A DNA stretch of 64,000 nucleotides from Amoeboaphelidium protococcarum X5 (lineage: Eukaryota > Fungi > Aphelidiomycota): contig JALDTO010000266.1 in the NCBI GenBank assembly GCA_023515725.1, positions 893,070 through 957,069 of the forward strand, in the 5' to 3' direction. The position numbers and the translations under genes are program-made. The number at the start of each line of letters is the position of its first letter. The stretch's first letter is position 1. The notes beneath the pieces were generated by a model, which saw nothing but the letters and a program-made list of their open reading frames with translations, made no database searches and was not told where the DNA came from. Positions 25,015 to 35,923 of the stretch are shown here, piece after piece.

Positions 25015-26599
25015 GACACACAGCTCCCACATCGGGCTGAGTGGAGAACCAGATTAGCAAGCTTGAGGCGTTAAGAGAGTGACTGGATCACCTATTTATT
25101 GAAACAGTTGGCATCATTGTTCTCTTCTTTCCACGATATAATTTTGTAACAATCAGGAGAAATCATCATCCCTGAAGGCCCGTCTTATAAGAGCAAAAAA
25201 TAGAGTATAGTTGTCCGTTTTAATACCGATATTGAAAGCTGCGCTAGTGAAAGTGATGTTGAATCTGAAGTGTCTGTGGAATCTCTTGATATTGATGTGG
25301 GGTCAGATGATGATGCTAATATGCCGATGAACGCAAAGCTGGTGGCTAATCGCGTCTTTCTTGACAATGAAATTGCTAGATGGGAGTTGGTGGACTCTAC
25401 ACTGTATAACTCGGATGATGATTTCAAAATTGTAAAGAAGCCAACCTGGTCTCATATGCATCATCTGGTGTTAAATCCTTATTTGTATAGAAGTCTGCAA
25501 CCGATTGCCTCTCTTGATGCCTTTGCAACTCTAGTCGGTGCTCCTGCAAATTGGTCCGAAATGTGCAATAAGAAAGTTATGAGCAATGGCGTAGTTGATT
25601 ATATATATCGCTAATTTATTGGTTTAGACGATTCTACGAGCGAGGTCATAATCTAAAACATGTTTGAAAGTTTAGTTATTAGGATAGCATTTGTCTTGGA
25701 AGTACGATTTTTCATAAAGATTAAGATCCATTTATTGTTGGTGGTATATTGGCGCAACCATAGTATGATATTCGTGGAAGATCTGATACTATTTTTTATG
25801 GCCTGTCATGGAACACTCTACTGGCGACAGAGTGCAAGAAGGCTTCTGCATTCGCATCCGAAAAGTTATGGCACCATGGCTCACGTGGTGTCTAAACTTT
25901 TTCGACCATGTACTGCACGGGAAGTCCAACTATCCTCTACTCTTAGAAAGCTTTTAAAGTTTTTGTGGAGAATGATAGTCGGGACGCTGTCTTTACTTGG
26001 CCATGCACCAGTGGCTAAGATAGCTGTAGCACCATACCTTTTTCTATGGAAAGGGTGGCTGCTTCTTATGCCATTCAGTATATGTCCAGTTAAATTAAAG
26101 TTTTGAAATGTGGTTGGAAAGACTAATAAGAGATGATCAATATATTACTACTAAGCGGTGTTAAAAGTCTAAAGTAAAGAGGTGATCGTCAGATCAGCGA
26201 GAGATCAGCGAGCGGATCAACCTAAGCTAGGAAGCACCGAAGTGGCGCAGGGATCAATATCGCTAACATAAAGAAATCATTGCGATTTGTTTAATGGCGT
26301 TTGGCGATGGTGACCTGGACTCCTCTTTGAGGAAAGTTGCTGGTGAGTACTAGAGAACGCCGGTAAAGTATTCGGTTGTTACGCGTCAGGGTGCTCAGAC
26401 TGGCGAGTAAGTTGGAAAGAAGAGAAAGCTGGGTGATGATGAGGAGCGGAAGTAGGCCAGGTCTGCAAAACTTCGAGCCATTGCTCCCAAGTTCATCTCT
26501 GATTTTGTCGATGGACAGCCGGTCTATACAACAGTACGCGTTGCCTCTGAGGAATTGATCCGACAGATGGAAGCTCTCGATATTGAAGTACTTGATTGA
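25015..26599 (+). pseudogene. Orphan gene with putative PD-(D/E)xK restriction-endonuclease-like domain; frameshifted, start unresolved
   Basis: After a frameshift at T5 25708-25712: IVGGILAQPQYDIRGRSDTIF..LLATECK..SRGVQ; second shift near 26200; ends PKFISDFVDGQPVYTTVRV..TGA 26597-26599. Confidence 0.55.
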
Positions 26600-26922
26600 C
26601 TGACCTCCGTGTCTAATTCGTAATCGTATCAGGATGGCGTTATGTTATTATAAATTTTAAATATTACATTAATTTTAGTTTCTCGGCCTCTTGAGAAATT
26701 GATAATATTACTCTTGACTGTATGGAATGACGCGGAGTTGTAGATATCCAAAAAGTTGCAATTATGATTGATTGTTTGATCAACGCGAACGAGATGAGCA
26801 ACTTTTGTTTCAACAAATGAATTCATTTGGTATTGGATGAACTGTATTTGGCTTATGACATCTCTTTCACTTAACCATTATTGAATAAATTATATATAAG
26901 TTATAAGAATATCAGTATTAAG

Positions 26923-27452
26923 ATGTGTCATAAGATTCTGTAACAAAGCGATTGCAAAGCGAGCTGTGTTAATTAATGGTAATTTATCAAGATTGACACA
27001 ATATGATACCAACGGCTAATCTCAAGTTTTGAATGTAGATGGCATCTGTGCCGGGCATATCAGCGTTCCCTGAGAGCGATAACCTGAGGAAATGGATTGG
27101 AACTGTTGAAGGTGCAGAAAACACTCCTTATGCTGGTTAGACATATAAGCTGTAATTGCAATTCACATCTGAGTATCCATTCAAGGCTCCAGTTGTCAAA
27201 TTCATCACCCAGATCTATCATCCAGACGTAGATTTCGAGACTGGCACCATCTGTCTGGATATTCTGAAAGAGGAGTGGAGCGCGATATATAACGTTCAGA
27301 CTATCCTTATTTCGATCTAATCGCTGCTTGGTGAGCCGAATAATGACAGTCCACTGAATGGACAGGCAGAGCAGTTGTGGTCAAACAAGAGTGATTTTCA
27401 GAAGGTGGTCAAATAGAAATACGAAGCTAACAAGCTGGTCAACGAGCCATGA
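26923..27452 (+). CDS. Ubiquitin-conjugating enzyme E2, UBE2C/Ubc11-like
   Basis: [16 protein letters not shown] | intron 26979-27038 | [61 protein letters not shown] 26923 is out of frame with exon 1. Confidence 0.85.
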
Positions 27453-27555
27453 TGATTTTTGTCGCTGTGACAGTTCAGTATTTCGATGATAAAGTTTAGC
27501 TGACTGATGATGATGGCGATATAATTTTGAAAATGAAAGAGTGAGTAATAATACT

Positions 27556-29136
27556 TCATTGTGAACTTTCACTATTCCTAATATAATTATTGAGATCAAC
27601 AAAACCGCATACACCATCATTCTTAGATTAAAGCTCCTTGAGACACTATACAACATGGTCAACTGACAGTTGCAAGCTAGAGCCCATAACTTGACGGCGA
27701 TCTTTACCAGACAATTTATATCGCTCACCCATAAAGTCTCTGTACAAGACTCTATTGATCTCCTCAGCCAAAGCCTATCTGCCAGAGATAGCAAGCAAAC
27801 TCCTGACTGGACTCTGCATAGGATCAGGATATGCCAATATACTAAAAGTATCAGTGAGAACACTCTAAATTAATGGTGAATCATCATCTCTAAACTCTTC
27901 TTATAAACTCTGTCCGTATTATAAAGCCTAGGCAAGGATAACGTCACCCGATTAACTGCTGTCTGTTGACATAATACTACCATCATGGGCACCATCAATC
28001 TGCATCTAATGATCAGCATTCTGAGGATTATTGACTTGGATTATCATTTCAATAAACTTTCTGCATTTTAGATGGACGTACGCAAGCTCTTCGTCATCAA
28101 AAGCATTCGGATAGACTCGGTCGATCAGAGAGATGGCATTATCAATATCACCCTTATGTATAAGACTGCATATATTCCTTCTCTACTCGCAGTCCTGCAG
28201 TCTGCGCTATAGATCTGCTTAAGATAACTAAGGAAATGAACAAGCCAATGAACGTGCACTCTCCAGCATACCTTCATACAAGAGATAATTGAGCACAATG
28301 AGGCCGAGATCATCCTCGAGAACATCATAACTGCTATGGATAACCTGCTAATACACCTTTGCCTTCTCCTCCTTGATGTATTAAATGATGTCAAATCTGA
28401 ATGGCTTCTAACCGAAATTAGACTCTACTATTTCACTAACTGTCCTCAGGCCAACACACGGATAAAGTTGCAAATTCTACCTGGTAATAGTTACGGCAGA
28501 AGTTCGCGCTGAAGACCCAGAAGAAGATTGTAAATTTAACTGCCGGTAAAAGTCCCTAAAAGCAACACCAATTAATGATCCATTCTTGGTATAGAATATT
28601 TCGCCAGAGTGAAAGTTCACACCACAACCAATCACATCCCCAGTAGTAAAAGTGGGTCCAAACGGAACTCCAGTCCCACTGCAACCAAAGCTGTTACCAT
28701 CATCTCCATGATATCCCCAACTCTACAACTCCCAACCGGGAAGCCGGGCGAGGGATACATTCTACAAACAATACCCAATTCCTATATACCCATCTCTACC
28801 CTTGTCCACAATAGTTGTCTCATAGTAGTGGATGCTGTGATACGGACGAGCATACGTATTAGAACGGACAGATGCAGCGTCAGAATCAGACTTTCCAGAC
28901 CCACTGTAAGTTACCCTGAGCTGTTACCGTGACAAGTCTAGAATTGAACACTTATCCTTGGTACTCCAACCACTTGGAAACTGATTAATAGACTATGAAT
29001 TAGTGTACTCTTGTATGGAATCATCGCCAGTGTCACCAAATGGGTACAAGCTAAGATATTACATATACTCTGGCATCTTCTTTAACTACCCCGAGACCAA
29101 AATAGGTACTTATTAATTCTCTTCACTCGGCGTCAT
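27556..29136 (-). CDS. RanBP9/10-like (Gid1) SPRY-LisH-CTLH-CRA protein, 526 aa
   Basis: [83 protein letters not shown]; intact with TAR=Gln. Confidence 0.9.
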
Positions 29137-29541
29137 ATTAATTACTACCGATTACAGTTAATCGCTTTAATGTTGAATACTATAAGATAAGACTGATGGT
29201 ATGCGGATTGTTAGTAATTTCGACTGAAAAGAATCCACAGGCTGATCCGACGAGTAATTCGCTCGCTGTTTCAAACGAAGAGACATTGAGCGTAATTTAA
29301 CGTTATTCAGCCCGTGACGCGTTTCAGTATAAAAGAGCTGGCGTTTATCTCCTCTCATGGTATTGCTCTAACTATAGAGTGGAATTTTCATCCTCTTAAC
29401 TGAAACATTGCTCGGGATAATACAGTAGTTGTAAGATTAGATTCGAAGCATGTGAAAAACTTTTGAAATGACAGAAAGAAAATCTGATGAAATTTATTCA
29501 TCTATCAAGACTAATAGATACAAACAGTGGATGAACATGTC

Positions 29542-30091
29542 TCACTTGTACAGCACCTTGATCATAACTGCTGCGATGAGTACCAATGGAACAAATAATC
29601 TGACGTAGAACATACCATCTGCCTGTTACTAAAGGCCTCCCTTGGCACTGTTAGAAGATGACGCAGAACTCTTGTTAACTTGAGTATTAGGCGATTTTAC
29701 AGCACCATCAGAAGTCTACATGAGAACAAATAACGCTGAAAGCAAGCATTATAAAAGATTCATCTTAGTATGGCAATGATCTAACCTTTAAAGAGCCGAC
29801 GAGGTAATCTTTCAACTGCTCTCGCGCGTCTTCGCTGTGTCCAACATCCTCAAAAGCTTCAGTAGCATCCTGACCAGCATGTTCAAGCAAAACTTCTTCT
29901 CCACCAGGACTACATAATATATTCGGTGATAAATGAGTTCAAGTCACTGAACCAACATAATTTGAGACGACTTACTGCTCATCCAGGAACTTTGTCACGT
30001 TATATACTTGATTGTGGACGGTGAACCAGATGTCGGTCTTTGCCTAATGCATCGCAACCTCATCTGCTGAATACTCTTTCACTGGCACCAT
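29542..30091 (-). CDS. CYB5: Cytochrome b5, tail-anchored
   Basis: [40 protein letters not shown]; introns 29910-29975 and 29716-29785; hydrophobic C-terminal anchor. Confidence 0.92.
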
Positions 30092-31062
30092 TTAATTACT
30101 AATTATCTATTTAGATTTCTTCAAAATATCGAAAGACGTAATAAAATTTGCAGTTTGAAGCAGGCCCGCTGTGCGTTAAATTCCCTCTGAAGAAAGAATT
30201 ATCGGCTTTGAAGGCTCGGCTCGAACGCGACATTTAATGGAATTGTGGCTGAAAGAAAATGGTGCAAGTCGAAGCTTCATCGCTAGTTCCATATATCAGC
30301 CCTCATTTAATTCCGGGCACATGCAATTGGTCCCATACGACAAGGTGAAGAAGACATTAGGATGTGAGTCAGTACGAGATTTTACTGAAACGAGAATATG
30401 ATGAGCATGCTAAATACATACTAAAATTATGAGCACAATTTGACTTAATTCGTTAGTCTGATGAGCAAAATCTATTCTATTTATTATAGAAACAAGGAAA
30501 GTCCTCTAATTACATGGCTAAGCTACGACTTAATCTTAAAATAGCTGAAACTATTTTCAAGTTCTATAATAGCGAGAGAGACGGGATCATCAATCTATGC
30601 GTAGTGATGGCAGAAACAAAAGCAGTTGCTAAGGAGAAGAATGCATGGAACGCGCGTAGTAAACTGTTGCAAAGGAGGAGTCCGATAGATGAAACGCGCG
30701 TTTCAGACAATGTGAAACAGAAACGCACTCCGTTTCAGAGAATATCATATGACCATTGTAAAGTGGAAACAAACAAACAAACAATCGAACAAAACGCAAA
30801 CTCGACCCCGCACTTACTTCTTATCCTCCTGGCTCTACACATTAACGAAAGTAAAATGTATATTGCTGGAGAACTGTGCGATTTTAGTGAAGCATCTAAT
30901 GCTGAAACTACTTCTACTACTTCTACTACTCTGTTGGGTGCCACCACTGTGGTCAGAATGCGCTACACTTCAGCTGCTTGTTGGGCGTTTCGATTTGCTC
31001 CACCTCCACCATCCCCCCTCATCTCCACCTCCACCTCACCCGAAACACCACAAGTACAGAAG

Positions 31063-31961
31063 ATGTAGCATTGTCCTAGTACCTTCTCTACTTCTCTGCC
31101 TCCTAGACAAGTGCTGAACTCTGTGTCAGTGACGGGAGAGCCGGCCTCGAGAGTAGATGAAGTGAAAAGCCAGCAATCTGAGGCGACAGTGGTTACACAA
31201 GGCAACACTGGCTCTGGTTCTGGCTCTGCTGTCTCTGCTCCGCTTGCTGTAGCTGTTCCGTCTGCCGCTGGTTCCTCTGGCCCTGAGACTGATGCCGCTC
31301 CTGCCTCTGCTCTGTGTCAGGTTATTGCACCGCTGATGCCTCGTGCTCCGGTGTTTCCGACTGGCGAGCTTCGATCTCCTCGTCCAGGATTCGGTATACC
31401 TATGGTTGAGTTGCGCTTGGCTGCACTGGGCAATAAGGAAATTCAGTAGAAGGCTGGTAAATCCAGTCGTGCTGACAACTTCCTTAAAGCCATGAAGTGT
31501 GGTCCGGCGTAATACATCGACAATAGGGAAGTCGATAAAAGGGTGAGGAAAGAAGCAACAGACAGGTGGTAGGCTAAGCTGAAGACGATGGGTGGCACTC
31601 GTCGCTTCTCCCGTGTCTGGCACTCTGTCACCCCTGACAATCTGGAAGACTTTGACATCCTTCGGGAGGCCAAGCCTGAAAGATTGCCAAAGGAGCAGAT
31701 TGCAGCCGGCGAAGTAAAGAAGATGGTTCCCTGGTCTAATGGCAAGTCTTTTTATAGACGTACCACGATCGAGATCTCCTTCTTGTAGACTGCCTACTAC
31801 GCAACGATGGACTTCTACATCAAGCGGAACAGAGCTGGTAAGTCGAATCAGGGCTGGTTTGCCTTGTGGGACTACTTTTAGGGGCTGGTCATCTCTGAGT
31901 AAGTTTATATCTATCTGTTTGCAATTATCTCATCTGTAATGCTCCTTTGTGTAGTTCATGA
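31063..31961 (+). CDS. Orphan protein (Ala/Ser/Pro-rich N-half, basic C-half)
   Basis: Track ORFs 31111-31449 and 31588-31788 are one frame with TAR=Gln (frame open back to ATG 30514, so start uncertain); probable terminal GTAAGT..TGTAG intron ~31899-31954. Confidence 0.45.
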
Positions 31962-32067
31962 ATATGAATCTGGATGGCCACCTCAGCTTTGTATATAGGA
32001 TCGACTACACAACAACACAGCAACTACGACGACAACACCAGCTAATACACAACTAACGTAGTTTAGT

Positions 32068-32126
32068 AATAAAAAATACAAAAAATACAAAAAAAATAAA
32101 CAAAAAATATAAAAATACCAAAAAAA
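32068..32126 (+). repeat. A-rich low-complexity tract (AAAAATAC-like units)
   Basis: aaaaaatacaaaaaatacaaaaaaaataaacaaaaaatataaaaataccaaaaaaa. Confidence 0.8.
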
Positions 32127-33422
32127 GGTCCTAGACCATGTTCTCTAACCTGTTGAATGTGTAGGTACTCGATTGCTGCTGCGACGTTCTGGTTTTGGAC
32201 TCTGTGTGGACTTTTTGGACTTTATTGGATTTTGTGGTAAGTGTATTCTTTATTGAGGTGACGACAAGGTTTTGGTACGAGAAGCAAGTGGCGGACGTGA
32301 TACATTTTCATTCATCGGTAAGATTCTACTACCTTCTGATATTGCAACATTATACTTTATGCTCTGTCTTTGTAGGATGAGTTTGTGATTGCAACTTGCT
32401 TCGCCCAGTTAAGGTTGCAGCAGAAAGGTAAGCTTGTATAATTCGTTGTTGTAATTTTCGATTCGTTGTAGGTGTCATATTGCTCTGGTTGTTCTCACTT
32501 TGTCTCCTGGTCAGCCTGTTACGTTTCATCTGACAATGCTCCTCATGTCTGGTTCCCAATCGCTAGCTATTGCTGCCTTCCTCTCTGTTGCACTGGTGTT
32601 TTAATCTCTGTCTCTTGCCTGTTTTTACAATTGCTCTCCCAACTCCTCATGCTCAACCTCATTGCTAGTCTGTCTGAGTTTTTGTTTGGCTACCTTGTTA
32701 GGAGTGATCCTCTTAAGCTTCTCTGCATCTTTCTGGTTGATGGCAAGTTTTGGTTTAGTTCGTCTCTATCTGCTTAATGGTGCTTAAACTTTAATCTAAT
32801 TCTGCTCCCCTGCTCTGTCAACTCTTCCTGTCTCTGATCTGTCTGGCTTCTGCTTACGTCTTGCTGGTGTATCCTCTTGCACGCGCTCCTCGATGTCTTA
32901 ATATCCGATAACACATTATGTACCTTTGCTGCCTCCTTTGTTGGTATCTTTCCTCTTTCGCTCTCTTTGACTCCTCTCGGTTGGTATCCTCTACCTCTAC
33001 CTGTCTATATCTCTGTTGGTATCCTCTTCCTCTATCTGTCTGTCTCTCTGCTGGCGTGCCTCTACCTCGCTGGATCACTTTGGATGTTGAACAATGATGG
33101 CAGTCAAATGTTATTTCTTTCTCTTTTTTACATACTATGTCTTAATTTGGTTGTCTCGCATATTATACATTTCAATCTTAGTGAATGTGAATTAAAGCCC
33201 CAGTTTCAACTACAGTACCAAGGTCCAAACAATCTTCATTTTGAGCCGCGGTAAATGCGATCCTTAACGTTGCCATTCTTGCGTGATTAACTCAACTGTG
33301 ACTGAGAGCGAGACAAAGGGGCGCTTAGAGATTCCCTATTGGCACTTTAGTTTCGCTGAGGATTCGTCTATCGAGCGTTAATACAACAATAACCCACACT
33401 TACACATTTTCAAGTCTAAAAT

Positions 33423-34225
33423 ATGGCCAAAGTACCGCGTAATTTCAAGTTGTTAGAAGAGCTGGAGAAGGGAGAAAAGGGAATTGGAGATGGAAGTGTC
33501 AGTTATGGACTGGCAGACAGCGACGATCTGCTAATGTCCAACTGGAACGGTACCATACTTGGTCCATCACACGTAAGTTGAACTTATAGAACTTGCTCTT
33601 ATAAGCTATATAATGCTTTCGCTGACTGTTGAACCTCATACGTCTTTATTGTCCTGATTGTCAATCTCAAGACGCTCTGTCGGCTACTATTTTCCAAGTG
33701 TATTATGTTCCAAATATGTTGTAGTAGCCTGAGCATATAGAGATTTGAACGATGGATGTTGAGTGTATGAGATCTATAGCTGAAGTGAATCTATACTATT
33801 TTGTAGACTGTGCATGAGAATAGAATATACTCTGTCAAGATTCATTGTGGTGACAATTATCCTGAAGAGGCACCTACCGTGTAATTTCACAGCAAGATTA
33901 ATCTGAGCTGTGTGAATTAGTCTAATGGACGCGTAAGATTTTATCATAATATATGCTCTATTGTCTTACATGCTAATACTGTATGTTATTCCATTGTTAT
34001 GGTTTTGATGTAGGTTGAAAAGTCTAAACTGAACTGTCTTAGCTCTTGGAGAAGAACATTTTCCATTGAGACTGTGCTCAGTGAATTGAGAAAGTAAGTC
34101 TAGTACTATGGTTGATGCTATATACTGTGATGTCCTTATATTACTCTTTGATCAAGTGTAGAGAAATGGCATCTGGATCTAATAAGAAGGCAACTCAACC
34201 TCCAGAAGGTTCTTATTACAATTGA
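33423..34225 (+). CDS. MMS2: Ubiquitin E2 variant Mms2/UEV1
   Basis: [38 protein letters not shown] | HENRIYS..CGDNYP; introns 33573-33806, 33933-34013, 34094-34161; ends [12 protein letters not shown]. Confidence 0.95.
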
Positions 34226-34405
34226 TCACTGTATTGTACTGTATGTCAGTGTATTGACTATCACACTGATGATGGTACATTGATCGCGATTTAATACACT
34301 CTGTATACATAAATCTAGTTGTTGGTAGAATTTTTTACAATCTTCTTAAGTTACGCATAAAGTAAGATAAAACATTCGTAATGTTTAGTAGGTACACGAT
34401 GATAT

Positions 34406-35695
34406 TCATACTAAATTCTTGAACAAGTCTTCTTTAAGCTATTCAGCATCAAGAGCATTCTGTAACCTGAGTTGGCAAATCTCGACACGACTCTACAACT
34501 GGTCCAACTATTAGGATACATAAGACAAATGTGGCTTAATCAACGCTCTATTATCAGCAGAATCAGAATCTTTAGTATTATGTTGATCTGAATGACTCTT
34601 CTTCTCCTGTGGACTCTGCAAGCCTTTCTGCTACTATTATCGACCAAGATGAGTGGACTAATTCAGACTATAATCAGACAAGTCTCGCTCCATCGGCTGC
34701 TTATCACTACTGCGTGTAGATCCACCACCTGAAGCCAATTGATTAACATTAGTGGATGAAATATCGTGAGGCAGTAGGGTGTACATTGATGGATTGTAGG
34801 TGGTATTGTTACCGCGTTCCATAGATTCAATTTGACTGCAACTTGTTATATCTTCAATAGCTGCGGCAATCGAATTAATGTCCTCACACACCAGCTTTAA
34901 AGCATGACCATCCGCACTGAATAACGGGTTCACAGTAATATTGTCCAACCAGTTCTCCTTGTCCAGATGCTATAAGAGTACACGATCAGATTCACTCTAG
35001 AAATATGAAATACTTAGCGGATAGTACTTGTCAGCATGTACACCCAGGTCATCCAACTTATCCTGCGGTATGTTATCATACTACTACTTTTGGACTTTCT
35101 TTGACGTGGCGGTAGCGGTAGTAGTACTCTTAGATTAACTATTAGCATGATGATGATCACGAGGATAGGTTCTAAATGCTCCAATCTCCACCTTCTAACG
35201 TCCTCCTTCGGCATTACTCAACGTTGTCTTGGGATCAATCACCACAGCCAAGTACGGTTCACTAAACTACTGTTGCAACTGCTGAGTACTAACATCAATA
35301 CCGCTGAGCCAGCATTTATAGCCGGGATGCGAGTGATACCATCCGATTACATTCTCCATGCGTCCACACTGGTGATACATCTCCATGTATTGCACCATAT
35401 ACTCATACGCTTCAGCCTGGGCATTCACACGCGTCTCCGTACCCTCTACAGGTAGACTGAATGAATCCAGCACCACCAGACTGTTACCACTCACCCTACC
35501 AATCATGAGGCCCATCACTTCAATATCTCCTCCAGAATGAGCATGTGTTGTCATTTTAACCAGAGCCGATGCAGAGATGTGGACATGTTTAAAGTATTCT
35601 GGATCACCTAGCCATGGCTTTGCGTCCAACTAAGACTTTTAACTCCTTGGATCAAACTTGTATAATTAAGAATCGACCTCGTGGTTACTTTCCAT
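34406..35695 (-). CDS. CSN5: COP9 signalosome subunit 5 (JAMM isopeptidase), 429 aa
   Basis: [64 protein letters not shown]. Confidence 0.95.
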
Positions 35696-35923
35696 TATTA
35701 AATTCTAAACAGTCATACTATTATTATAGTATCACTTTAAATTGAACTACTGCTATCAGATGAAGTGGTGAATAAACGTGCTTTGATTTAATAAGAAAAG
35801 AAGATCAAACGGAGCAATCAAGTAACAAGCAATAGACAATTTATTGCGGTGATATATCAGTAAGGTAAGTAGAACGAAAAAAATATTATCACCTCCACCA
35901 CCACTAAAGTTTCAACATTATAA

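Noticed and set aside
26629-26826. 65-aa minus-strand ORF
   Set aside because: AT-rich spacer with no supporting similarity.
34150-34161. GATCAAGTGTAG match to U2 snRNA
   Set aside because: Only 12 nt, lies at an intron acceptor, flanks do not match U2.
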